64,000 nucleotides of DNA, taken from positions 1,184,001-1,248,000 of the forward strand of contig OY970173.1 of the NCBI GenBank assembly GCA_963707635.1, read 5' to 3'. Below the pieces are notes generated by a model. That model saw only the letters and a program-made list of their open reading frames with translations, did not search any database and had not been told where the DNA came from. Source of the stretch: Candidatus Latescibacterota bacterium. GTDB taxonomy: Bacteria; Krumholzibacteriota; Krumholzibacteriia; WVZY01; JAKEHA01. Of the stretch, positions 1 to 8,984 are shown in pieces. Position 1 is the first letter of the stretch, and each line of letters opens with the position of its first letter. The translations under genes and the position numbers were made by a program.

Positions 1-1
1 A

Positions 2-847
2 AGCGGCCCCGGCACGGGGATGCCGACCAAGACCGAACAGGCGGACTTGATGTACGCGATCCATGGCAGCGCGGGCGAGTCGCCGCGGATCGTGCTCGCG
101 GCCACCAGCATCGAGGACTGTTTCTACCAGGCCGTGCGTGCGTTCAATCTCGCCGATCGCTTCCAGATGCCGGTGATCCTCTTGAGCGACCAGTCGATGG
201 GGTATCGAACCATGACGATGTCGACACCCGACCTGGCGCACGTCCGTCACGACGAACGCGCGCAACCGGAGACGAACCGCGATAGCTATCGCCGCTTCGA
301 GGACACGGCGTCCGGTGTTTCACCGATGCTGACGCCGGGGATGCCGGGCAGCACGTTCATCACCACCGGGCTCGAACACGATGAATCCGGAGAGGCGAAC
401 TACACCCCGGAGAACCGAGCGCGCATGGTGGCGAAGCGGTTCCGCAAGCTCGAGACGCTTGCGAAGGAGCTGGTTGCCGAGGGAGACGGCATCTTCGACG
501 CCGGAGACGGCGCGGAGGTGGGCGTCATCGGGTGGGGATCGACCGAGGGTCCGATCCTGGAAGCGATCGCGCAGCTGCGCGCCGAAGGCGCGAAGGTCGC
601 GCAGTACCATCCCAAGGTACTCAACCCGGTGGCGGTTCCGGCGGTCGAAAAGTTCGTCGCGCCACTGAGGAAGGTCGTCGTGCTCGAGGAGAACCACACG
701 GGTCAGTTCGCGCAACACCTGCGCGCGCACGTGGATTTCGGCGGGCGGGAGATCGTCAACGTGAATCAGTGTTCCGGGCTGCCGTTCACGCCCGACGAAG
801 TGTACTCCGCGCTGGCGCCGCTCGTTCTGCGCGGCGCGCGCGTGTAA
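2..847 (+). CDS. korA: 2-oxoacid:ferredoxin oxidoreductase alpha subunit (5' partial, runs off window)
   Basis: SGPGTGMPTKTEQAD, TGLEHDE, GWGST and EENHTGQ motifs; directly followed by a beta subunit. Confidence 0.93.
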   Translation, partial: SGPGTGMPTKTEQADLMYAIHGSAGESPRIVLAATSIEDCFYQAVRAFNLADRFQMPVILLSDQSMGYRTMTMSTPDLAHVRHDERAQPETNRDSYRRFEDTASGVSPMLTPGMPGSTFITTGLEHDESGEANYTPENRARMVAKRFRKLETLAKELVAEGDGIFDAGDGAEVGVIGWGSTEGPILEAIAQLRAEGAKVAQYHPKVLNPVAVPAVEKFVAPLRKVVVLEENHTGQFAQHLRAHVDFGGREIVNVNQCSGLPFTPDEVYSALAPLVLRGARV

Positions 848-859
848 GGAGAAAACCAA

Positions 860-1717
860 ATGGCGGAACCGGTGGCGCTCAAGGCCAAAGACTACAAGAA
901 CGACGTCGAACCCATCTGGTGCCCGGGCTGCGGGGACTACGGCGACCTGGCCGCGTTCACGCAGGCGCTGGCCGCGCTCCAGTTCGAGCCCAAGGACATC
1001 TGCATCGTCTCGGGCATCGGGTGCTCGGGACGATTCTCACACTTCATCAAGAGCTTCGCGTATCACACGGCGCACGGGCGCGCGTTGCCGACGGCGATCG
1101 GCGTCAAGGCGGCGAACCCCAACCTCCACGTATTCGTGGTGGGCGGAGACGGCGACGGCCTCTCGATCGGCGGGGGACACCTCCCGCACGCCGCGCGGCG
1201 CAACCCGGACCTCACGTACATGATTCTGGACAACGCGGTCTACGGGCTCACGAAGGGCCAGACGTCGCCGACGTCGCCGTTCGGGATGGTCACCGGCACG
1301 ACCCCGTTCGGTCTGGAGGACCCGCCGCTCGACCCGCTGCGGATGTTCCTCTCGTACGGGATCAGTTTCGTGGCGCGCGGGTTCTCGTCGGATGTGAAGG
1401 GAACCGCGCGAATGGTGCAGGCGGCGGTGGATCACAAGGGATTCTCGCTCGTGCAGCTGATCTCGCCGTGTCCCACGTTCAACCAGATCATCACCTTCGA
1501 CTTCATGAAGGAGCGCGTCGTCCCGATCCCCGAGACCCACGATCCCACCGACCTGGACGCGGCGTTTCGCCTCGCGCTCGACAAGGAGCACTTCTACACC
1601 GGGGTTTTCTACCGCAACCCGGGGTTGGCGACGATGGAGCAGAAGCTCGACCACCAGCGCAAGCTCACGATGGACAAGCAGGCGCGGACGCTGGAGACGC
1701 TCTTCGCCCAGTTCTAG
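860..1717 (+). CDS. korB: 2-oxoacid:ferredoxin oxidoreductase beta subunit (TPP-binding)
   Basis: WCPGCGD, SGIGCS, HGRALP, GGDGD...DN and YGLTKGQTSPT motifs; AGGAG RBS. Confidence 0.95.
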   Translation: MAEPVALKAKDYKNDVEPIWCPGCGDYGDLAAFTQALAALQFEPKDICIVSGIGCSGRFSHFIKSFAYHTAHGRALPTAIGVKAANPNLHVFVVGGDGDGLSIGGGHLPHAARRNPDLTYMILDNAVYGLTKGQTSPTSPFGMVTGTTPFGLEDPPLDPLRMFLSYGISFVARGFSSDVKGTARMVQAAVDHKGFSLVQLISPCPTFNQIITFDFMKERVVPIPETHDPTDLDAAFRLALDKEHFYTGVFYRNPGLATMEQKLDHQRKLTMDKQARTLETLFAQF

Positions 1718-1833
1718 GCGGACGCGGGCGACTGCGGCCGGGGCACGTTTGCTTAACGCTGTGTGGCATATAGGAATACCACCGGGTGTCGAGTACCCAT
1801 CCAATCTAACCTGCCGCTTGGAAAAACCGCTCA

Positions 1834-1863
1834 TTGACTAAGCGATGCGACATGGAGTACACT
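1834..1863 (+). promoter_or_regulatory. putative sigma70 promoter for the first secreted-protein pair
   Basis: TTGACT-18 bp-TACACT; a matching promoter sits the same distance upstream of the duplicated pair. Confidence 0.6.
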
Positions 1864-2146
1864 CTCCGTGTCATCGAAATTCCGCGTCCGACGTGTGCGA
1901 GTACCCGATGCGATCGGGCAGTTGGGGTGCACCTGAGACGTCTGTCTCAATTGTATAGCGGCAAAAGGCGAGCCGCAGCAGGGCAGATTCGACACGTAAG
2001 GCTGAACAACAGTCTCTCTGGCGCGCGAGTTCCCCCGCCATAAGTCCGGGCTTCATACGGGCTCTTCTCACCAGCGAGACTTCATGTACCGCGCTCGCGT
2101 TCGCGCGTGTGACATGTCCATTGACGAGACTATAAGGAGGAGGAGT

Positions 2147-2862
2147 ATGAAGGCTGTGATCTTGGTTCTTCTCTCCGTTTTGATCGCGGTTCCCGCGTTC
2201 GCGGGCGCACCGGTGAACGGCACCTACAAGTCCACCGACATCGGTGGTCTGATGCTGCCGGGCCGCTACAGCGAGTTGTGGTTCGGAGGCAAATTGGTGG
2301 TCAACAACACGCTCAACGAACAGTCGTGGGACGGCTCGACCCTCGGGCGCGCAGTGGCACTGGTACTGTCCGTGGATCTCCGTCCCACCGGTCTTGCTGG
2401 TCAGCACCGTGAACGTGCGCCGGCAACGGCCAGAAGATCTGGAAAGTGACCTACGTCGGAGGCTATTGCTGGCTGAACGGTCCGGGTGCGCCCTGGGACG
2501 GCGGCGACGCCGCGTACACGGCCACTATCAACACCTGGAATGCGACTGTGACCGAGACGTACTCGGGCTTCGTCGAGGTAGGAACGGTCCGCAACCATAC
2601 CGCGAGCGCCACCTTCGTGGGCTACAACACCAAGTGCATGAACCTCGCCGTGTCGAACATCGAGAAGCAGGGCGATACCAACGGCGGCCCGCTGCCGTCG
2701 AATTACCCCGACTTCTGGAATTGGATCGGCTGCAGCGACGTCGGCACCGCCGGACCCGGCGAGTGGGGCGACATCGACAGCATCACGTTCACGATCAAGG
2801 GTTGCGAGACCGTGAGCACCGAATCGACTTCTTGGGGCGCCGTCAAGGCGCTGTATCGCTAG
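2147..2862 (+). CDS. secreted protein type A with C-terminal SWGAVKALYR tail (two +1 frameshifts, ~2346 and ~2416)
   Basis: AGGAGG RBS and signal peptide MKAVILVLL...AFA; removing two bases gives an ORF colinear with paralogue 4101-4814. Confidence 0.85.
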
Positions 2863-2928
2863 CAAGCATTCAACGCAGGCCGCGCGGGTGGTTCGATCCA
2901 TTCGAGCGACCGTAAGGAGGACGAAAGC

Positions 2929-3615
2929 ATGAGGAATGTGATCTTGGTTTCCATTCTGGCGGTGGTGCTTGCGATGGGTGCCGTGGCCGCGTTTGCCGCC
3001 CCGCCCGTCAACGGGACCTGGAAGTCGTCGGACGGCTGGTTCGACGAAGGGCGTGAGGCATCGTCGTGGCCCGGCGCGAACGGGTTCCTGTCGCCCGGCA
3101 ACGTGTTGCACGCCGAGTCCTGGGACGGTTCGGCCCTGGGCGGCGATTGGAAGATCCTGTGTCCGGTCGTTCAGGACACGCTTCTGATCTTCAGCACGGT
3201 GTCGGCGGGTACCGGGCACATGAGCTACCTGCTCACCTACAAGGGCGGAACGATCGAGCTCGGCGCCGGTCCGTGGGGCGGTCCCTTCACCGGTGTGATC
3301 GACACGTACTACGAGACGCGGTCAATTCAGTTCGTCGACGGAGTGATGGTCGGCTCGGTCAGCGACCATTCCGTCGATGCGCACATCGTCGGTTATCCGG
3401 CCAGCTGCGTGGCGTTCGGTATCGGGAACGGCGTGTGGCTCGGGAGCGGCGCATTGCCCGCGGGTTACCCGGACTACCGGGACGCCAGTTGCGTGGCCGG
3501 ACCGGCCAACGGTCACTATGGTGAGTTCCGTGACCTGACTCTGTCGGTTCAGGGGTGCGAAGTCTCCACGGAACGGTCGAGCTGGGGCGCGGTAAAGGCG
3601 CTGTACAAGAACTAG
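2929..3615 (+). CDS. secreted protein type B with C-terminal SWGAVKALYKN tail
   Basis: AAGGAGG RBS, signal peptide, paralogous to 4938-5631. Confidence 0.9.
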   Translation: MRNVILVSILAVVLAMGAVAAFAAPPVNGTWKSSDGWFDEGREASSWPGANGFLSPGNVLHAESWDGSALGGDWKILCPVVQDTLLIFSTVSAGTGHMSYLLTYKGGTIELGAGPWGGPFTGVIDTYYETRSIQFVDGVMVGSVSDHSVDAHIVGYPASCVAFGIGNGVWLGSGALPAGYPDYRDASCVAGPANGHYGEFRDLTLSVQGCEVSTERSSWGAVKALYKN

Positions 3616-3653
3616 ATTCGCGGCGCCCGCGGCCGTCAGAGTTGTTTGGAATG

Positions 3654-3697
3654 GGATCCTCAGCCCCCTTCGCGGGGGCGAGGGTCCTGTTTCGTTT
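3654..3697 (+). terminator. Rho-independent terminator after pair A-B
   Basis: GGATCCTC-A-GCCCCC/TTCGC/GGGGGC-GAGGGTCC stem followed by TGTTTCGTTT. Confidence 0.65.
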
Positions 3698-3783
3698 GTG
3701 GCGTTTTGGGTCACCGCTCGACTCCAAGATGCGGGCCGTGCACCAGTTTTTTGCTCCTGCCGCCGTTTCCCACCAGCTGTAGA

Positions 3784-3812
3784 TTGATTTTCCGCCCGCT
3801 TCGGGATACAAT
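3784..3812 (+). promoter_or_regulatory. putative sigma70 promoter for the second secreted-protein pair
   Basis: TTGATT-17 bp-TACAAT. Confidence 0.65.
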
Positions 3813-4100
3813 ACCGTGCAATTGACACATTCGAGACGTCTCGCTCGCGCGAATTCCCCGGCGCAGTGAGGCGCAGACAGGGGGTGCACCGAGCGCACCT
3901 GGCCGCGAATGACGCGGCGAAGGGCGAGCCGCAGTTGGTTGTGCCTGACTGGGCAACGTGTCTATCTGGTCCAAGTTCCCACTGGCTTGTTTTTCCATTT
4001 TCCACCGGGCGCTTTCTCACCAGCCGGGCGACGAGCCGACGCGGTCCTATTGAACGGTGCACAAGGGCATTTGCGCACGATCGTGCAAGGAGGAAGCGTT

Positions 4101-4814
4101 ATGAAGTCTTTGATCTTGATTCTCATCTGCATCGCGATGGCGGTTCCCGCGCTGGCCGGACCGCCGGTGGATGGGACCTACAAATCCACCGACATCGGCG
4201 GGTCGATGCTGCCCGGCCGCTACAGCGAGCTGTGGTTCGGCGGCAAGCTGATGGTCAACAACACCCTCAACGAGCAGTCGTGGGACGGCTCGACCCTCGG
4301 AACCCAGTGGCACTGGTACTGCCCGTGGATCTCCGTCCCGCCGGTCCTGCTGGTCAACACGGTGAACGGCGCCGGTAACGGCCAGAAGACGTGGCGCGTC
4401 ACCTACACGGGCGGCTACTGCTGGCTCGACGGCGGGGGTCCGTGGGCCGGCGGCGACGTCACGTACGTGGCGGACATCACCGTCTGGATCGCGATCGTGA
4501 CCGAGACGTACTCGAACTTCGTCGAAGTGGGCACGGTTCGTAACCACAATGCCCAGGCACAGTTCACGGACTACGACAAGAAGTGCATGGACCTCTCGAT
4601 CAGCAACGTGGAGAAGCGCGGCGATACCGACGGCGGACCGCTGCCGGCGAACTACCCGGACTTCTGGAGCTGGTTCGGGTGCAGCGACGTCGGCACGGCG
4701 GGACCCGGCGAGTGGGGCGACGTCGACAGCATCACGTTTACCATCCGCGGTTGCGGCGGCGTCAGCACGGAAACAATGACCTGGGGCGCAGTCAAGGCGC
4801 TCTACCGCGACTAG
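4101..4814 (+). CDS. secreted protein type A' with C-terminal TWGAVKALYRD tail
   Basis: AAGGAGG RBS, ATG at 4101 (MKSLILILICIAMAVPALA signal peptide); long identical stretches with 2147-2862. Confidence 0.9.
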   Translation: MKSLILILICIAMAVPALAGPPVDGTYKSTDIGGSMLPGRYSELWFGGKLMVNNTLNEQSWDGSTLGTQWHWYCPWISVPPVLLVNTVNGAGNGQKTWRVTYTGGYCWLDGGGPWAGGDVTYVADITVWIAIVTETYSNFVEVGTVRNHNAQAQFTDYDKKCMDLSISNVEKRGDTDGGPLPANYPDFWSWFGCSDVGTAGPGEWGDVDSITFTIRGCGGVSTETMTWGAVKALYRD

Positions 4815-4937
4815 TCCAGAGACGTTTTGCCTCCGGGACACGCAACCGTTGTCCGGGCATCCGAGAGTCGTTCCTGGAGTGGTCGGGTGGAACTGGCGCC
4901 GATGCCGGCGCCTGTATGAACCAGGGAGGGTAAGGGC

Positions 4938-5631
4938 ATGAGGAATTCGAAATTGGTGCTGATAATGCTCGTCGTTCTGGCGGCCACGGCGACGGCCGCG
5001 CTGGCGGGCGCGCCGATCGACGGCGTCTACAAGTCGTCGAACGGTGATTTCAATGAGGGTCGCGAGGGATCGTGGTGGGGCGGCGGGAGACTTCCTCGAT
5101 CTAGGCAACGTGCTACACGCGGAATCGTGGGATGGATCGACACTCGGGACCGACTGGAAGATCCTGTGTCCAGAGGTCGTCAGGGTCACGTTGATCGTCG
5201 ACTTGACGTTCGGCGGAACCGGCCAGAAGATCTACCAGTTGGACTACAGGGGCGGCTATCTCGAGTTGAGTGGCGGCGGCCCGTGGGGCAATGGCGATGC
5301 CGTGTATACCAACGTGATCGACACCTACTACGAGTTTCGAACGATTCAGTACGAAGCCGGAGTCAAGATCGGTTCGGTGAGCGACCATTCGGTGACCGCG
5401 CACTCAACTTTTACGGAGAAGTGCTTTACCTGGGGTATCGGCAACGGGGTCTGGCTCGGCGAGAGCGGTCCTGCGCCGAGCGGTTACCCGGAGTACGAGA
5501 TCGGAGCTGCCATGGGGGCTCTGAAGGCCGGTCACTGGGGCGATATTCGGGACCTGACGCTCACGATCGAAGGCTGCACTGTCTCGACCGAGCAATCCAG
5601 TTGGGGCGCCGTTAAGGCCATCTATCGGTAA
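4938..5631 (+). CDS. secreted protein type B' with C-terminal SWGAVKAIYR tail (+1 frameshift ~5086)
   Basis: ORFs 4938 and 5044 join into a full paralogue of 2929-3615 if one G is removed from GGG at 5085-5087. Confidence 0.85.
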
Positions 5632-5648
5632 CGGGCGGTAGCGGCCGC

Positions 5649-5906
5649 CTAGCCGAAGTGACGAAAGATCCGCTCGCCCACCCGAACGGTCCACGCCTCG
5701 GGTAGCCGGCGGAAGGCGGCGGTGAACAGGCGGTACTTGAGCGAATCGCTTTTCACCACGCTCAAGCCTTCGCCGGGCGGATCGAAGTAGTAGGGAAGTT
5801 CCAGGCGGCTGGTTCCCCACCGCCCCTTGAACTCGTTCAATCCGGGGTTGTCGGCGGCCGTGCGGCCGAAATCGTACGCACGGTCGCCGGCGGCAACGGC
5901 GTCCTC
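5649..5906 (-). pseudogene. C-terminal remnant (85 aa) of a FemAB-like GNAT acyltransferase
   Basis: EDAVAAGDRAYDFGRTAADNPGLNEFKGRWG...; the frame has a stop at 5924-5922, so the 5' part is missing here. Confidence 0.75.
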
Positions 5907-5907
5907 G

Positions 5908-6609
5908 TTACTCCATATCCTCTACGTAGAACAAGTCACCCCCCACCTCTCTGCATGAGTTCTGCCTTCCGGTGCCCATCAGGGCCAACAGAGAGTGGGG
6001 ATATGGGAAGAAGTGGAGATGGAGATCGAAAGTGTGCTTGTAGGGTCTCTGCTTGGGGACGACAATAATCAGTCGCCGCCTGGTTACCCTTCGGAGCTCT
6101 TGAATACCCTGAAAGACATTCTGGATGTGCTCCAACGTATGCGTAGCGACGACCGTATCGAAGCAATCGTCTTCAAACGGCAGACGCTCCATGTTTGCTT
6201 CCCGCCAGTCAATCTCGGGGTGTTGATTCCTCAGCTGAGGATCGATCATGATGTCAACCGCGGTTACTCGCGACTGCTTGCTCATCTTCTTGGCGAGAAG
6301 TCCTCTACCGCTGCCGACCTCCAGTACCGTTTGCCCAACGAGATTTCTCAGAATCTCCTCGACGCATTGTGTATTCAGGTCAGTCTCTCTCTCGATGAGA
6401 ACTGGCTGGACCCGCTCGTAAACACCAAGAAACTCCTGCTCTGTCATTGCCATCGCCGTCTGTTTGAATCCGAGGAATGTCGGTGTCGTGGCTCCGAACA
6501 GAACCTTGAAGGGCGGAATGATAAACCACTTTGCATCCCGAATGATTGGTGGGATACAATTGTCCAGTAGAAAATGGATCTTTAGGGAGAGATTTCTGCT
6601 CAATTTCAT
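5908..6609 (-). CDS. class I SAM-dependent methyltransferase
   Basis: VLEVGSGRG, NMERLPFEDDCFD and HTLEHI motifs. Confidence 0.9.
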   Translation of the reverse strand: MKLSRNLSLKIHFLLDNCIPPIIRDAKWFIIPPFKVLFGATTPTFLGFKQTAMAMTEQEFLGVYERVQPVLIERETDLNTQCVEEILRNLVGQTVLEVGSGRGLLAKKMSKQSRVTAVDIMIDPQLRNQHPEIDWREANMERLPFEDDCFDTVVATHTLEHIQNVFQGIQELRRVTRRRLIIVVPKQRPYKHTFDLHLHFFPYPHSLLALMGTGRQNSCREVGGDLFYVEDME

Positions 6610-6672
6610 GGCGCTATCCTATCATCTCGAGTCTGTCGTTTCTAGGGTCACCGTGGAACTGACGAGCTTTCT

Positions 6673-7653
6673 ATGCGCAGGCTGACGATAGTCGGTTCGG
6701 TCTACAACGAAGCCGATGTGCTTCCGATGTTTTTTTCGGAGTTGACCGAACAGCTCCGTCGGATGGACGTCCAGTACGAGATCATTCTGGTCAACGACGG
6801 GAGCACAGATGAAAGCAAGGACCGCCTGGCCGAGTTTGCGGCACAACACCGCGCGGTCAAGGTGGTCTGTTTTTCCCGAAATTTCGGTCACGAGGCGGCA
6901 ATGACCGCCGGTATCGACCACGCCACGGGTGATGCTATCGTCTGCATGGATACGGATCTCCAACATCCGCCGGCTGAGATACCGAGGATGCTCGAAGCCT
7001 GCGCTTCCGGTTCCGAGATCGTGTACATGAAGCGGTTAAAGCGCGAGGACGCAAGCTTCATTCGCCGCGTAACGTCCAGATTGTTCTACCAGGCGCTCAA
7101 TCGGATATCAAAGATCAGGATCGAGCCCGACGTATCGGATTTCTTCCTGATTTCGAGCCGGGTCGCCGGGATCTTGCGCACCAGTTACAAGGAGCGCACG
7201 CGCTTCCTGCGCGGAATCATCCAGCAAGTGGGCTTTCCGACCAGCGTGCTTGAATACACCGCCCCGAGCCGGGCGGCCGGCCACACGAAATATTCTTTCT
7301 GGCGTCTATTGCTTTTTTCTGCGGTTGCGATCGCATCGGTGTCGCAAGCACCGCTGAGGTTCAGTATGTTGGCGGCGTTGGGGTTCATGCTCATCAGCCT
7401 TGCTTTGGGAATATACTCGATCATCATGAAGCTTCTCGGGTCGCCGTTTTCGGGGTACACGACACTTGTTGTGCTCACGAGCTTCGGATTCAGCGTCGTA
7501 CTCCTGATGCTGGGAATTGTCGGCGAGTATCTCGGTAGTGTCTTTGTCGAAAGTAAGCAGCGGCCCGTTTACATCGTAGCGGAGATCATCGACTCCGAGA
7601 CGCTGACGGACTCCGCGCGGATGGTCGTCAAAGGAACCGGCCCAAGACCTTGA
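6673..7653 (+). CDS. GT2 polyprenol-phosphate glycosyltransferase (GtrB/ArnC-like)
   Basis: YNEA, VNDGSTD, SRNFGHEAA and DTDLQHPP motifs; two C-terminal TM helices; QRPVYIV. Confidence 0.92.
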   Translation: MRRLTIVGSVYNEADVLPMFFSELTEQLRRMDVQYEIILVNDGSTDESKDRLAEFAAQHRAVKVVCFSRNFGHEAAMTAGIDHATGDAIVCMDTDLQHPPAEIPRMLEACASGSEIVYMKRLKREDASFIRRVTSRLFYQALNRISKIRIEPDVSDFFLISSRVAGILRTSYKERTRFLRGIIQQVGFPTSVLEYTAPSRAAGHTKYSFWRLLLFSAVAIASVSQAPLRFSMLAALGFMLISLALGIYSIIMKLLGSPFSGYTTLVVLTSFGFSVVLLMLGIVGEYLGSVFVESKQRPVYIVAEIIDSETLTDSARMVVKGTGPRP

Positions 7654-8984
7654 ATGTACTCTCGCTCCTGATTTCCAGTGACCGCCGGGCCATGACGGCG
7701 CTTGCGTCGACGGCGGTTCTGGTCCGACTGCTGTTCGCGTGGGGTGTCGCACCCATTCTGGCACGGCACGGGATCGAAGCGGACGCCTGGCCGGATTCGT
7801 ACTGCCTCTTTTCGGAAAACCTAATCAACGGCCACGGTTTTGCGGTGCAGCCCGGCACCGCGTCGGTGATGCGCGGACCGGTTCAGCCGCTGTTCGGGGC
7901 ACTGATCTTTCTGATCTTTGGCATCCGTAATCTCGTCGGTGTTCAGCTCTTCCATGCGCTGCTGGACAGCGTGACGACGATACTCGTGTTTGCGATCGGG
8001 AAACAGGTCTTTGGCCGGATGGCGGGTTTCACCGCTGCGGTGATGTTCACGTTCTATCCGTTGTCCATTTGGTATAGCGGGAGCATGAGCATGGTGCCGT
8101 TGTTGACTGCGTTGTATTGCCTGTTGTGCTGGGTGGTCCTGCGCAGTGCGGAGGACCCCAGCGCGGCGCGCAGCGTCAGCGTTGGTGTGGCACTTGGCGT
8201 CATAACGCTCACGCTCCCCATAACCCTGCTGTTCCCGCCCATTCTTCTTGCCCTGTGGCTCCTGATGCGGCTGCCCCGGCGCCGCGCCTTGGCACACTGG
8301 ATCATTGTTTGCATCGTCATGGCGGTTGTTGTCGGCCCCTGGACAATTCGCAACTATAGAGTAACGGGCCGGTTCATTCCGGTGTCTGCAGGCGGCGGCT
8401 ATGCATTTCTCTTCGGCGACCTGTTCGCCGAACGGTTCGATGGCTTCTCGCCCTACTCGGACGAGTATCCAGATGAACATGCGCTTCAGCACGTGGAGAA
8501 CGAGCGTGTTGCGGCGCTCCTTCCCCCCGATCTTGCCGCGCGATTCTGGTACCTGGACATGGGGCCCGAGATAACGGGAATCCTCGATCGTCAAGCGGCA
8601 CAGTCCATACTGAAAAGACCGTTCAGGTTCGTCAAGAAGGTGGCAATTCAGACCGTTACATTCTGGTATCTGGGTAACAACCGTATGAAGACGTTCGCCA
8701 TACTGGCGGTTCAGATGGTTTGCGTGGTCCCTTGGTTCCTGGTGGGCTTGTTTCTGAGCTGGAAGCGCCGAATCGCGCCAGCCCTGCCGTTGCTGCTACT
8801 CATCGTCTATCTCAACCTCACGTACGCCGCCACAATAGCGAATGCGCGTCATGGCATGCCGGCTATGCCAATCGCGATTGTCTTTGGCGGGTTCGCACTC
8901 TGCGAACTCTTGCGACGCCGGGTATCCGATCATCCGGCCACCACCAGGCGATCAAATACGCGCACACCGCCGCGGCTGGCCTAG
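7650..8984 (+). CDS. GT-C fold membrane glycosyltransferase (ArnT/PMT-like)
   Basis: multiple TM helices, DSY acidic loop and PWTIRNY motif; TTG start overlaps the GT2 stop (ATG 7692 is an alternative start). Confidence 0.8.
   Translation: MNVLSLLISSDRRAMTALASTAVLVRLLFAWGVAPILARHGIEADAWPDSYCLFSENLINGHGFAVQPGTASVMRGPVQPLFGALIFLIFGIRNLVGVQLFHALLDSVTTILVFAIGKQVFGRMAGFTAAVMFTFYPLSIWYSGSMSMVPLLTALYCLLCWVVLRSAEDPSAARSVSVGVALGVITLTLPITLLFPPILLALWLLMRLPRRRALAHWIIVCIVMAVVVGPWTIRNYRVTGRFIPVSAGGGYAFLFGDLFAERFDGFSPYSDEYPDEHALQHVENERVAALLPPDLAARFWYLDMGPEITGILDRQAAQSILKRPFRFVKKVAIQTVTFWYLGNNRMKTFAILAVQMVCVVPWFLVGLFLSWKRRIAPALPLLLLIVYLNLTYAATIANARHGMPAMPIAIVFGGFALCELLRRRVSDHPATTRRSNTRTPPRLA

Noticed and set aside
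1741..1755. GGCAC...TTGC as a sigma54 promoter
   Set aside because: The spacing is too short for -24/-12 geometry.
1870..2146. Leader as a c-di-AMP, c-di-GMP or cobalamin riboswitch
   Set aside because: The core consensus motifs of those families are not recognisable. Kept only as an unknown conserved leader.
2345..5087. Phase variation or programmed frameshifting in the surface-protein genes
   Set aside because: The runs are only about 3 bases, and the same +1 pattern affects housekeeping genes elsewhere in the window.
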